Below, in pieces: positions 1 through 36,943 of a stretch of 64,000 nt of DNA; position 1 is the stretch's first letter; every line of letters begins with the position of its first letter. This stretch comes from Haliotis cracherodii (lineage: Eukaryota). The notes below the pieces were generated by a model. It was not told the origin of the DNA. It saw only the letters and a program-made list of their open reading frames with translations, and did no database searches. Location of the stretch: contig NW_027266275.1 in NCBI RefSeq assembly GCF_022045235.1, positions 71,920,001 through 71,984,000 of the forward strand. Direction: 5' to 3'. Both the position numbers and the translations under genes were made by a program.

Positions 1-149
1 TCATACAATTATCACAACGTTTTCCTCATCTTTATATCTAAACATTGCCAGTGTGCCAACGGTCCTTATCCTCAATCCACACCCACATCCATAATATAAA
101 CGCTGTTAGCTTAAAGATTGTCTACCGGTCATCTAGTATTAATGCCCAC

Positions 150-269
150 CCGTCACGGGACAACTACGCTCATCCTCGCCGTCTGCACAGTCTTTTTTGC
201 CATCACAGACGTTGACGCCGGGCACACATCGCCCCGACTTTCCACACTTCACCTCGTTGCCTGGACATT
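150..269 (-). CDS. LDL-receptor class A domain exon of a minus-strand gene continuing off the left edge
   Basis: ttcag|AA TGT CCA...ACG G|gtgggc. This phase 1-1 exon encodes (E)CPGNEVKCGKSGRCVPGVNVCDGKKDCADGEDERSCPVT, with the 6 Cys and DCxDGxDE motif of LDLa. A possible upstream exon at 591-670 (SSHLTLSACVTVGHRQFYHGRLCEPT, phase 2-1) is phase-compatible but tentative. Confidence 0.8.
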
Positions 270-1039
270 CTGAAACATGTACAACTAGTCAGTATAGTGG
301 TCAACTCTTCAAACGGTGTGGATATTTTACACCTTGCATCGTCCTTTACATATTCCAATATGTCTACATAGGCGGATCCAGCATGGGGGAGGGTGGTCAG
401 CCTCCCCCCCCCCCCCCCCCCCCTCCCTCTTTGAAGACTTTATGTAGTATGCTGTGGCCAGTTATGATGTTATGATATATCAAACTAATTAAGTACACTC
501 AGCATACGCGAATGTTATGAAATATCTCAGTACCTCTGTCAACGAGTTAATTCTACACCTCCAACGTCACCGTTATGTATGTACCCCCACCTGTCGGCTC
601 ACACAATCGCCCATGATAAAACTGACGGTGTCCCACTGTGACACAAGCCGACAGTGTTAAGTGAGATGAACTATATGGACGGAAGCATGTTGATGATTCT
701 AAGTGAGTGTCATACACAAATACGCACCCAGCAAGAAGCCTGTTGACGACGTGGTCAGTTGGGCCAGCAGTAGTAGAGTTAATATGTCCATCAGTGTCGA
801 CTCCAGCAGACTTACACGGTCATATACTGGCGACTAGGAACGCCATGATAAGAGATAGGGAGAAAGACTACCCACCAACATATCGGGAGTGGCGTTCTTA
901 TCACCAGACGTACATAGCTGTGACCAGGATTCCGGAAGTATAGTTGATTTTTGTTCATCTTGAAGTAACAGTAATTTCAACGAGAACTGACATCTGTACG
1001 TACCTTGTTTGATAGGCATTACTTAGAAGTTGGCGGATG

Positions 1040-1104
1040 ACAATTTGTATGGATAACAGCTTCTTTAATACAGTATTAAAGAAGTTGTTATCCATAAAAA
1101 TTGT
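1040..1104. repeat. Near-perfect inverted repeat (about 32-bp arms, 1-nt loop)
   Basis: acaatttgtatggataacagcttctttaatac-a-gtattaaagaagttgttatccataaaaattgt. Confidence 0.8.
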
Positions 1105-1210
1105 GTCTATCTTATCTGTACATACGTAGGGATTCACCATGTGATAATCAGGATTATTAATTAAAACATACAGCATGTCCAGCCAACAAATTATTGTCCA
1201 CAATATATTT

Positions 1211-1343
1211 NNNNNNNNNNNNNNNNNNNNNNNNNNNNNNNNNNNNNNNNNNNNNNNNNNNNNNNNNNNNNNNNNNNNNNNNNNNNNNNNNNNNNNNNNN
1301 NNNNNNNNNNNNNNNNNNNNNNNNNNNNNNNNNNNNNNNNNNN
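1211..1343. other. Assembly gap (133 N)
   Basis: Run of N. Confidence 1.
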
Positions 1344-1399
1344 CATGTGTTCGACACTGCAGATTACGTATGTGGGCCTGCAAGTTTGTATGACCATCT

Positions 1400-2251
1400 A
1401 TACTCAGTATGTCGACCTGTAATCTTTCCGACACTTTATGCTCAGTATGTCGACCTGTAATCTGTCGGACACTTTATGCTCAGTATGTCGACCTGTAATC
1501 TGCCCGACACTTTATGCTCAGTATGTCGACCTGTAATCTTTCCGACACTTTATGCTCAGTATGTCGACCTGTAATCTGTCGGACACTTTATGCTCAGTAT
1601 GTCGACCTGTAATCTTTTCGACATTTTATGCTCAGTATGTCGACCTGTAATCTGTCCGACAATTTATGCTCAGTATGTCAACCTGTAATCTGCCCGACAC
1701 TTTATGCTCAGTATGTCGACCTGTAATCTGTCGGACACTTTATGCTCAGTATGTCGACCTGTAATCTGCCCGACACTTTATGCTCAGTATGTCGACCTGT
1801 AATCTTTCCGACACTTTATGCTCAGTATGTCGACCTGTAATCTGTCGGACACTTTATGCTCAGTATGTCGACCTGTAATCTTTTCGACATTTTATGCTCA
1901 GTATGTCGACCTGTAATCTGTCCGACAATTTATGCTCAGTATGTCAACCTGTAATCTGCCCGACACTTTATGCTCAGTATGTCGACCTGTAATCTGTCGG
2001 ACACTTTATGCTCAGTATGTCGACCTGTAATCTTTCCGACACTTTATGCTCAGTATGTCGACCTGTAATCTGCCCGACACTTTATGCTCAGTATGTCGAC
2101 CTGTAATCTTTCCGACACTTTATGCTCAGTATGTCGACCTGTAATCTGCCGGACACTTTATGCTCAGTATGTCGACCTGTAATCTTTTCGACATTTTATG
2201 CTCAGTATGTCGACCTGTAATCTTTCCGACACTTTATGCTCAGTATGTCGA
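1400..2251. repeat. 38-bp minisatellite, about 22 copies
   Basis: Unit ctcagtatgtcgacctgtaatctg/tt..gacactttatg. Confidence 0.95.
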
Positions 2252-2304
2252 ACTGTATGTGAATGCAAGTTCATGATGTGTGGATTCATGGTTAAAAGAA
2301 TTTC

Positions 2305-3270
2305 TCACTGATTGACTCACCCATGAAAGAATCAACCTCTGATTGACTCACCCATGAAAGCATCAGCCTGACTCACCCATGTAAGATCAACCTCTGATTG
2401 ACTCACCAATAAAGGAATCACCCTCTGACTTATTCACCAATAAAGGAATCAACCTCTGACTGACTCACCCATAAAGGAATCAACCTCTGATTGACTCACC
2501 AATAAAGGAATACCCTCTGACTGACTCACCAATAAAGGAATCACCCTCTGACTGACTCACCCATAAAGGAATCAACCTCTGATTCACTCACCAATAAAGA
2601 AATCAACCTCTGACTGACTCACCCACAAAGGAATGAACCTCTGATTGACTGACAGTAAAGGAATCAACCTCTAACTGACTCACCACTAAAGGACTCAATC
2701 TCTGATTGACTGAACCATAAATGAATCACCCTCTGACTGACTCAACCATGAAGGAATCACCCTCTGACTGACTCAACCATGAAGGAATCACCCTCTGACT
2801 GACTCAACCATGAAGGAATCACCCTCTGACTGACTCAACCATGAAGGAATCACCCTCTGACTGACTCAACCATGAATGAATCACCCTCTGACTGACTCAA
2901 CCATGAATGAATCACCCTCTGACTGACTCAACCATGAATGAATCACCCTCTGACTGACTCAACCATGAATGAATCACCCTCTGGCTGACTCAACCATGAA
3001 TGAATCACCCTCTGACTGACTCAACCATGAAGGAATCACCCTCTGACTGACTCAACCATGAATGAATCACCCTCTGACTGACTCAACCATGAATGAATCA
3101 CCCTCTGACTGACTCAACCATGAATGAATCACCCTCTGACTGACTCAACCATGAATGAATCACCCTCTGACTGACTCAACCATGAATGAATCACCCTCTG
3201 ACTGACTCAACCATGAATGAATCACCCTCTGACTGACTCAACCATGAATGAATCAACCTCTGTCACTCAC
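2305..3270. repeat. 31-bp minisatellite, about 31 copies
   Basis: Unit cctctgactgactcaaccatgaatgaatcac, more diverged at the left end. Confidence 0.95.
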
Positions 3271-3759
3271 CAAACCAAGGGTAGAACTCACGGTTACAGA
3301 CAATGATCACATGGCCCATGGAAACCTCCCATGTATGTGACTTACTCGGCGAGCCTCATCTAATGCTTTCCTTTTTAACACCCTGCTCCCAATGAATGTC
3401 AAAGTAGCTCGTTGTCATGGAAACATATTATTTCATAGTCCACACAAGGACTAATTTTACATCTAGTCTTTCTCCATCTCCCTTCACTCTCCCTTCATGC
3501 AAACGCCATGTGTGATTCAAACACAAGAACGTAACATCAGTTAAATACAAACATGACAAGCATTTACTGTTTCGAAACTTAACATAAAAACAAGATAACT
3601 ACAATGAAATGAGAAAGTGACTTATTGTGTTACGACCCACGATTCTTCCACAGTCGATGTGGCCTGTAAACCAGTGGTTGATAGCTTGAACAACTGGTCA
3701 CACCGTTGGGGCACGATTGCACGCAATTAAACTGCATGTCAATATAATGACCCTCATTT

Positions 3760-3970
3760 TAATCCGCTCTTGCGATAAACTTCTCTAACATCAATACCCC
3801 CACCCAAACATAGTTTACTGACCGACATGACCAGTCCTTGGTTTAGCCCCTTAATGCGCCAGGAAGGGTAACAGCAAGTACCTTCTTTTAACGTATTTTG
3901 GTATGACGCGGCTGGGGATCGAACCCCCGACCTTCCGCTCTCCGTCAGACGCTCTACCACTAGACCACGG
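3760..3970 (-). mobile_element. tRNA-derived SINE (related copies at about 36165-36430 + and 59590-59720 +)
   Basis: Reverse strand reads ggtctagtggtagagcgtctgacggagagcggaaggtcgggggttcgatccccag (A/B boxes), followed by a body shared with the other copies. Confidence 0.65.
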
Positions 3971-4187
3971 AATCGATCGGTGTTAATTCAAGAACATTCA
4001 AATTAAATGCAACCAGTTTATTATTATTGTTGTATCTATGTACGTATACATCACAGGCCTACCCAGGAGTTTGAAAAAATAGGGTGCATTGTTAACCGAA
4101 AAAAATGAGGGGTGCACAGTCACTGCACCCCACTCTAGATCCGCCAGTGTGGTGTTTTATGAAGGAATTTTAACATCAAAATTATTT

Positions 4188-27671
<23,484 letters not shown>

Positions 27672-28099
27672 GTTGCACGTGAAACTGAGGGTGTGCTAGT
27701 ATCTTCCCCTGCGGTGCTCCTGTCCCGGCTTTAGACACAGTCTGTACGTCTACGGTCATGTTACACTGGGACTGAACGATGGATAAATTCTTTTTTGATG
27801 AGAGTGTTTGAAGGCCTTGGTGATTGCAGACTGACACCGATGTTAAAACATAGCAAAGTAGACCTACCTCCAACTATGTCTGTATGGGGGAGACGTGGGT
27901 GGGGGGTGATGTGTGTCGCTTGTGACGTATGTGTGATGTTTTTTGGGGGGTGAGTAGTGTTATGTAACGGCGCACCCTACACATCAACATTAACACCCCA
28001 TCAAGCGGCCACAACAACTGTACCCAAGTTTATACCTTTCGGGTATGTTAGGCCAGACATCTAATCCCTTGGTTTACGACTTCTGCTGATAACTTCTGG

Positions 28100-28380
28100 C
28101 ATGTGTTTGTGCGTGTGTTTGTGCGTGATTATGTATATGTGTGTGTGTGTTTGCGTGTGTATGTGGTGTGTATATGTGTGTATCTGTATGTATGTGTGTA
28201 GTATATATGTGTGCTTATATGTGAATGTGTGTATATATGTTTATGTGTGTGTATGTGTAAGTATGTGTGTATGTGTGTGCATGTGTGTGAGTTTGTATAT
28301 GTGAGTGTGTAGTATGTGCATATGTGAATGGTTAGTTATATATAATGTAGGTGCATGTGTTATTTGGGTGCATGTGTGTA
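28100..28380. repeat. Degenerate (TG/TA)n microsatellite
   Basis: gtgtgtatgtgtg-like low complexity. Confidence 0.85.
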
Positions 28381-29429
28381 CCGATAATTTTATGGTAAAC
28401 ATGGAAGTTTGCGAATTATATATTTATCCACCTTTTATTTTGGGGGGTCAGCGGATCCGCAAACAAAGTTTTGAAAACAGCATGAGCAGCTGAGAACATG
28501 CCACTGCAACTACAACTACATCGTGTACCCGCCGCCGTGTGTATGTGTCCGCTGGCTGCCGTGGCGGGTTCATCAACAGGTGTACGATAACGTCGCCACG
28601 TATCTAAGCTTGTAGAATATTCACCTCCGGGGTAGAATAGGTCTTCGGCAACCCATGCTTGCAACTATGCTTGTCGCAAGAGTCGACTAACGGGATCGGG
28701 GTGTCATTCTCGCTGACTTGGTTGATGCATGTCATCGTATCCCAATTGCGTAGATTGATGCTCATGATGTCAATCGCTGGATTGTCTGGTCCAGACTGGA
28801 TTTTTTACAGACGGGCGTCATATAGCTGGATTATTGCTGAGTGCGGCGTTAAACAAACAAACAAACAAAGGAATATTCACCTGAGTCATTGCATTCACAC
28901 CTGGCGGTGACAGACCGGTGGTGCCACGTGACAAGAGTTAGCAGTAACTGGCGCTTTCTTCAGGATTAGGTCTTCGACCCAACAGGAAGTATTATATAAG
29001 CACAACTAGGGCCACCTGGAAAACATATGTAACAGTTGAACTGACTTCTGAGATCGAGAGGTTGCGAGGAGAGGGTTCTGTTTTCGATTGTTGTTTCTTG
29101 TTTATTTTTTTTGCGATTTGTTTAGTTTTGCGGCATGGTTACTTTTATTTCTTTTCTTTTTGTTTTTACATTTTTGCGGTGTATTGAAAATTAGTAATGA
29201 TGTAGAAACTGAAGTGCAGCCTGGGTTAACTGACTTCCTGCATGGAACACTTCACATGGCAAATAATTAATTGAAGCCATAGTTATTGGCGAGTTATTTA
29301 ACAAATTAAAACATTCTTATGCACAAGAATTGTTATTTCTACTTTTATCGTTTATTGAATTTGGAACCGATAATTCAGAATCATTAATTGTTTGCAAGAC
29401 AGTCAACATTTTGCAATCACGTAACATTC

Positions 29430-30150
29430 CATTGCCCATCTCACATACAAATACTACAGCAAGACTTCGCCGTACCCAGACACAAACTTCTCATTGCCCA
29501 TCTCACATACAAATACTACAGCAAGACTTCGCCGTATCAGTCACAAACTTCTCATTGCCCATCTCACATACAAATACTACAGCAATCCTCCGCCGTACCC
29601 AGACACAAACTTCTCATTGCCCATCTCACATACAAATACTACAGCAAGACTTCGCCGTACCCAGACACAAACTTCTCATTGCCCATCTCACATACAAATA
29701 CTACAGCAATCCTCTGCCGTATCAGACACAAACTTCTCATTGCCCATCTCACATACAAATACTACAGCAATCCTCCGCCGTATCAGACACCAAGTTCTCA
29801 TTGCTCATCTCCCATACAAATACTACAGCAATCCTCCGCCGTACCAGACACAAACTTCATATTGCCCATCTCCCATACAAATACTACAGCAATCCTCCGC
29901 CGTATCAGACACAAACTTCATATTGCCCATCTCACATGCAAATACTACAGCAATCCTCCGCCGTATCAGACATAAACTTCATATTGCCCATCTCGCATAC
30001 AAATACTACAGCAATCCTCCGCCGTACCAGACACAAACTTCATATTGCCTATCTCCTATACAAATACTACAGCAATCCTCCGCCGTACCAGACACAAACT
30101 TCATATTGCCTATCTCCTATACAAATACTACGGCAAGTCTCCGCCATACG
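29430..30150. repeat. 61/62-bp minisatellite, about 12 copies
   Basis: Unit cattgcccatctcacatacaaatactacagcaatcctccgccgtatcagacacaaacttct. Confidence 0.93.
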
Positions 30151-32497
30151 AAGACTACACGGGTCCTTATGACATCAGTTTCTGGTTGGCCTCCATTATG
30201 TTGAGGTCGTCCCGATATCCTTGATTGATGTACCTAGTACACTGATTACCGTAAACAACAAACAAGCACAGCAAGAAGCGGGCTGTTTAGGAAGGTGTCA
30301 TGCGGATGTGAGAGGCACGGGTGGCACAGTTGTCTAAGGCGCCGTAGAGTTGCGGTCAAGATATCTTTGATCGTGGTTCAAATCCCAGATTAACGTTTCC
30401 AGATGAAACCGTACCATACAAATCCGGGGGGGGGGGGGGGGTCACAAAGGTGACAAAGGTGGGCTTTCCCCCACCTCACTGTGATAAACTGAATTACTGT
30501 TCAAAGCACTGTTAAACTCAGTTCACAGACTCACTCACTCACTGTCTAACTGTTATATGTAAATATGTCACTTTAGACTGCTTCAAAAATATATCAACGA
30601 CAATAAAACGAATCTCATTACACATACGTATGTAAAACTGATAGGTAATAGTCCTTAAAGTTCGTACACACTTCGTAATGAAAATATTCAACCTAATTTC
30701 AACATATTCATGTTCATCTTTTACAAAGTTACTCTATATCAAATATTATGATATTGCCATCCAAATGGAAATGTAAACTAAACTGTCGGGCAAAAGAAAG
30801 AATACACATGTGGATTTGACCAACACAATTACAAACGTTATCAAAATGTTACTGGGTCGCAGAAACACTTCAAACGCAAGGTCCAAAAAACTTGTAAATC
30901 AAATACAAGTGACATCAGTTACAATGTCTGGCACGAGGCACCATGGACACCAGAACCTGTAGCAGAATCTCTCTTGAACTACAAGACAATATTGATGGAA
31001 ATATTTCGCCGAGAGTTTACAAAGTTTAAATATTTCTGTTGTATTGCTAAATTACAACGTTTCTTTTGAATGCTACAGTGTTCAACTTCTTCCCAATGTA
31101 ATCAGTACTGTGTGGGGATTCCATGTGTCCGCTGTCCTCCATACATGATCCTAGTGGTGGCCTAGTGGTCCGGGTTCGACTCCCACGTGGGTACAATGTG
31201 TAAAGCACATTGCTGGTGTTCCCCGCCGTGATATTACTGGAATATTACTAAAAGATAACTCACTCACTTATACATTACCAATAACATTTCACACAAAAAT
31301 GGATCATTCAAATTTTGTTTTTCCCACCTATTCATAAAAACACACACAAAATAATTCAGTAGTCCAAATTAATTTCATTTCGACCACCAACCAAAGGTTT
31401 TGAGACAAAAATCTGTAAACCAAAACTAATTCAAAAGAGTGAGAGAGTTGAGTGAGTATGGTTTTATGCCGCTTTTAGCAATATGGGCTTTTCACATTGT
31501 ACCCATGTCAGGAATCGAACCCAGGTCTTCGGCGTGACGAGTGAAAGCTTTAACCACTTGGCTACCCGACCGCCTAAATTCAAAAGATAAGCGACAGAGA
31601 TGACAGCAGGCACTTAACAAACACGAAACATCATGCACGTGCATAAGTATCTAGATGCATTGTACTACCCAGTGCAAACAGTGAACGATTGTAAAGAGAG
31701 AATATACCCAGAATTGATTTCGTTGAGACATTTTAGTCATCCGCTTTGTATATCATAATGTCCCTCGCCTGTGTCTACGTGAGGCTACGAACAGCAGCAC
31801 ATCTTGTGGGACCCGTGAAGATCCGGGATAGAATAGGTCTTCAGCATCTCATGCCCGCCTTATAAGGCGACTATGCTTGTCGTAAGAGGCGACTAACGGT
31901 ATCGGGTGATCAGGCTCGGTGACTTGTTTGATGCATGTCATCGTATTCCAACTGTGTGGATCGATGTTCATGCTGTCATTGACTGGATTGTCTGGTCCGA
32001 TTATTTCAGACCACCGTCATATAGCTGGAATAGTGCAGAGTGCGGCGTTAAACAACAAAGAAACAAACAAACAGCATCTTGTTGAGCAAGCGATTCACAT
32101 CTTGGCTGAGGTCGTATAGGTCACATAAGTCAGTGGAAACCATTTGTCTAGGCCCCCGTTAATACGGACACCCCGCTATCATGATGATTACTTTTGGAAT
32201 GTTCATGGAAGTACAAATGGCCATTACACCGTGTTCTTTAATCCGGAACCCCGTTAAACTGGGCCAATTATAAGAACGATACAGGTGAGATTAACATGGT
32301 TGGACTTTATCTTAAACATTCTGACAGTCTTTGAGGATAGGTCCAGGTGTGTTACTAGCACGTGTGTGTTGGGACACTTAATAATATACAGTTCCACCCT
32401 AATAAACCTCTGACCTTAATCACGGATGTTTGTAAACATTCACCTCAGTGAGGGTCTCCACGCATGCGCTAAACAAACATCCTGCCAAAAACATACC

Positions 32498-32939
32498 TAA
32501 TTCAATTCAGTAATCATGAATCTCACTGAAACATGGTTGGTAATTGAAGCATATATGACATTATAACAATAAAAAAACGTGATAACCTTTCCATTTATCA
32601 CCTGTAAAATATGAGCATTATTAACATCCATTTCAATAAAGATCATGAGTTGTCGAGCCTCATACATGGCATGAATCCTCCGGCCGAAGAGGGCTGCGAC
32701 ATTAATTTGTGTTGATCGGTTGAATCGAGGCAATCCTCTTATGAGGGCGGAGGCGAGGCAAGGGTAACGTGGCTCCGACACGCGAGCTGGACTCGGGACC
32801 GGGGATCCCGCCTAATTAAGTCCATTGAACAATACTTTCTTCAGCTAAAGGTATATAAGACAAGAGGAGACGCAACAGCACTGTCGGCATTTGCTCAGAC
32901 CACAAGCACAGACGGGAGAAGGGAGATCTAGCCAGATAG
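32498..32939 (+). promoter_or_regulatory. Candidate opsin promoter and non-coding first exon
   Basis: TATATAA at 32852-32858; homeodomain-type TAATTA at 32813; TAATTCAATTC at 32498; strong donor ag|gtaagc at 32939/32940. The opsin ATG exon starts with an acceptor (tttcag|, 36934), so an upstream exon is expected. Confidence 0.55.
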
Positions 32940-34691
32940 GTAAGCAAAGTTGATTATACTGATCGTGGTGTTAAACAACATTCACTCAATACCAGGTCTA
33001 TATGACCATCTTGAAGATTCAGAAACCAAACTTGAATAACCATAGAGAAAGTTGGGTCGGGTGGCCAGCCAGCCCTCACCATGTATAACACAGAGGTTTA
33101 AGTCAGAACATTAAACATGAACGTTACAAGGTTTTTATCCCATGGAGCAGTTTCTCTTAATGTTCTACATCCCCGTCTTGGTGTAGATGGTAACAATCAC
33201 CCCCTGCTTCTTGTGCTAAAGGTCGCCAGATCGAGGTAAACATACCAGATAATAATGATGAGTAATAACAGTTTTTATTACTTGTTTCAAATCTGACTCT
33301 TGAACCAACCCTCCAGCCGCAGGTCCAGCGCTGGTTCAACAGTATGGGAGATACATCGTATGTACCACGCTTCACATCGGCAGGTTATATCATACTTCAT
33401 AGGAAAGGACGCATGCGTTTCTCAATTTGGCTAATGACGTTCAGTAATCGTGTGATATTGTTAAAACTATATAACCAAATGAGGAGTCATAGTGATGTTA
33501 AACTCGTCCTGGGGCAGATTCACCGATGAAAAGAAATATAAACTCCAGACAGACTCGTTAACCATTTATCCATGCCGTCATTCCGACATCGCCAACTGAC
33601 TCGGTAGTGCATCCTTTAGCTTAGCAGTCTTGTTGCATAATGAGTGTGAATACATGTGCATGTTATAAGTATTGTATTGGCCTGGGGAGGTTTTCAAATA
33701 GGCATAGTTTGCTTGTTAACGGGTCGAGCTGCTTGTAAATTATGAAAAACAAACATGTTTAAATATATCTTATGACAATCGTATGTGGGCTTCAATTAAT
33801 GACATAATCTTGTCGACGACACAGAAGCAGGGTCTAATCACCAAAATTTTGGAAAGAACAAGTTAAACACGACGAGTTCAAACAGAAAACATTCATGTTA
33901 TCAAAAGCTACTGACTCCCGGTATGTAAACTGATGAAGACTGTATATGGACTGTGACATCCGGTTATAACAATGGTGTGGTCTCCCGTCGCCTGGGCTTA
34001 ACCATGAGGCTAGGTTAGAACCAACTGGAAGCTCTAGATAGCATGATTCAGGTAAACGCCACTTTGCCCGCCAGTCCGTTGATGAGTATGTCTAAAGGTT
34101 TAATGCTCGTTGATTAGTATGTCTAAAGGTTTAATGCTCGTCCTCTATAATGAGACTGTATCGTACAGAACGCTAATGGCAATGCTAACTACAACAGTTA
34201 TGTCGACGATAACGTCAGCAGTAATGACAACGCTAAAGACAACAATTATGACGACGCTAACGACAACATAACCCCAATACAAACTAAGTGCATAGTCGCC
34301 ATTTAGGAGGGTTTCAACCGCTTGGTATGGCGGATGACGAGCCCTGTTAAAGGACAAGGAAAATCAACTTATCAACTTTGCAGATTTTGATAATCTAGGG
34401 CTTACATAATCACAAATGCTTGACCAAAATTAAATTGAAAAACGGAAATTGCGCAAAACAGACGATAAAAACGACAGGAGAAATCGTACCCCAAACGAAA
34501 AAATCAGCCACTGAGGGGATTCCCCTTTCTGGGTTAAACATAACGATCTGGCTGACGTCCAGTCTGCCTGTTTCCGCCTCGGATATTTTTTTTATATAAT
34601 TTTTTTTTCTGTCTGCTTATCCATTTGATTAGTGTCCACAACTTACCCCACAGTATGTTACCGAGCAAGTTACCGACTGTTAATTGTTATT

Positions 34692-35100
34692 CAATCTCAT
34701 TTCAATCAGACCTAAGTTCTCGCTTTCGCTAAACAAAGATCTGACGACATCCCAGTAGAGGTCACGTCAGAACCACCTTTCTAATCATGCAACTTGGAAA
34801 ACTTTAACTCCGAGCGATATTTACGGGTTTAACCACTGAGTCCATACAATCTGGCACATCTATTAGCCATTCCAGATTTTTCTTTTGTTCAGGTTTCAAA
34901 TTTGTAATCGAGAATTTGTCAAAATATTGTTCGAAGCGTAGTCGCCAATTTGAAATTAGTGCCGTAAAGCACGAGAAAGCTGCCTGCTGATTGGTCATTC
35001 CATTCGTCGGTCAAAGTTCGCGCAAGGTCGGTCTGACGTGACCCGTAATGGGATGTCCTGAGATCTTTGTTTAGCCGTAGCTCTGATTTTAATGAGATTG
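34692..35100. mobile_element. MITE with about 75-bp imperfect TIRs and a 3-bp ATT TSD
   Basis: att|caatctcatttcaatcaga..gctaaacaaagatct..gacatccca..ggtcacgtcaga ... tctgacgtgacc..tgggatgtc..agatctttgtttagc..tctgattttaatgagattg|att. Confidence 0.8.
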
Positions 35101-36943
35101 ATTGTTGTTTTAATTATTCTCAATGTCAAGATCCAAGATCGTTTCACACCTTCAACAAGGTATAAAATGTTGTTATTTTTAACAGATATAGCAGAAACAG
35201 TGTATGTATAACGGCTAAGAATCACACGATGGATAAACGTTATCACCCATGGAAAACGTTTGCCACACATCGGTGCACGGATGCGCCGGTAGCTTTTGGA
35301 CACGACCCTAAATAGGTTTGTTTGGAATCCGATTGCGATCACTTCATTTCAATACAAATATTATGAATTTTTTCTCTCTCGGAAATTGACTAAATGTATC
35401 TTGAAAATTTGACAGTCGTAACAAAATTGCAATATATTTTTCACTTTACTTGCCCTTTCCGTATTCCGTATTCCGAATGCCACAGTGCAGTACGTGGCAT
35501 GCCTAGAAATATGTATGTGGTACGCGGATGCAAACATTTGAATATATGTTTCATCTTTCATTTTGGCAAAGAGTGACAAATAAATAAATATTGGGCCCTA
35601 ACCTTATGCGCACGCACGGTCATGCATTCTATGTGAAAGACCCAGTTTAATTTACTGAACAACTGAAAGCAAGAGTTCTGAAATTGGACGCCAAGTTAAA
35701 TTAAGTGGGAAAAGGGTACGATAACGACTTCGACAAAGAGGGTGTGCGTGGAATATGCAGTATTCGAGTCATCCAGTTCGACTTGGCGAGTGTTGGCTGT
35801 GTTTTGTAACGTGTGTGTCCCTGACCTATGGATGTGACGTGACGTGACGTGACGGTCACTATTAAGTTTGCAGTAAGAGGATTATTCTGGCACTGATCAC
35901 CTATGGCAGGTAGGAAAAGCCAATGGCATTGCGTGCATGTTGATATCATAGCGATGTCACTACAGGAATAGATGCTGGTGATAAACACTAGGCCCCAACA
36001 GTGTCGCAGTGTCAGATGCTGGGTCGCGCATCTGTGGTGTGTATGATCATTCACACCTACTATCTCGTGTGAGTTCATTCTATTGGTGTGAGTTCATTCT
36101 ATTCATGTGAGGTCATCATTCTATTCATGTGAGTTCATTGTATTCGCGTGATTTCATTCTATTCGGACCGCCTCACTGGTTTAGTGGTAGAACGTCCACC
36201 CAGGGAGCCGAAGGTCCGGAGTTCGATCCCCGGCCGAGTCTTACCAAAGACAGTAAAATATAGTACTTGTTTCCCTGTCCGCCGCTAGGCATTAAGGGGC
36301 TAAAACAAGGACTGTTCGGCTCGGAGTCAGTATACTGTGTTTGAGTGTGGTAGTTATGTTAAACTGCGGCATGGTATCGCAGTGGGCTTGCCCTTGCACA
36401 CGCGCGTGTGTGTATGCAAGTCGCCATATGAGTCATGAGTTAATTCTATTAGTGTGAGTTCCGGTATATTACCACCGAAATGCAAATGACTGACAGTGGG
36501 TAAAGTCTTTAATCTGCACTGTTGCACGAGTAATAGTATAGGACTGAGGAGCGATTGAGCTTAGCTCGTAGTTTGGGAGGATGAGGATATACATGGTCCA
36601 GGTTACACCTGTCAAATATTTTACCTTTCCATCATTACTCAAGGGCAACATGTGCTCCTTGTAGCCTCATCTAGGGTGAAGCAAGAGTTACCTCCATTAG
36701 GCGTGTCAGGATACACTGATGTTTGGTTCCACATCTAGATTGCTCGAATTATGATCCTTGGTTTGTCAGCACCTTACACATGCTCGTGGGTGTCACAAAG
36801 GTGGTAAGACCTAAAGGGCTTTTGGTGGCATTATGCCGACAGACCGTCGTATAATGGAAATACTGTTCAAACGGGGTTACATCAAACTGACTCGGGTGAT
36901 GTTGTGGCGCTGATCACGGAGTGAAATGTTTCAGGAGAGCATC

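Noticed and set aside
816-960. Possible further minus-strand exon (..ICWWVVFLP..YMTV|gtaagt)
   Set aside because: Phase-compatible with 591-670, but no recognisable domain or clear acceptor, so support is insufficient
1400-3270. CRISPR-like appearance of 26-50-bp repeats here and elsewhere
   Set aside because: Units are head-to-tail without unique spacers, there are no cas genes, and the context is eukaryotic
29330-30204. 195-280-aa ORFs in all three + frames
   Set aside because: Artefact of the 61/62-bp minisatellite
36165-36240. tRNA-like sequences (also at about 3900-3970, 11765-11825, 20715-20815, 27420-27490)
   Set aside because: They are SINE heads continuing into shared bodies and tails, with no complete cloverleaf
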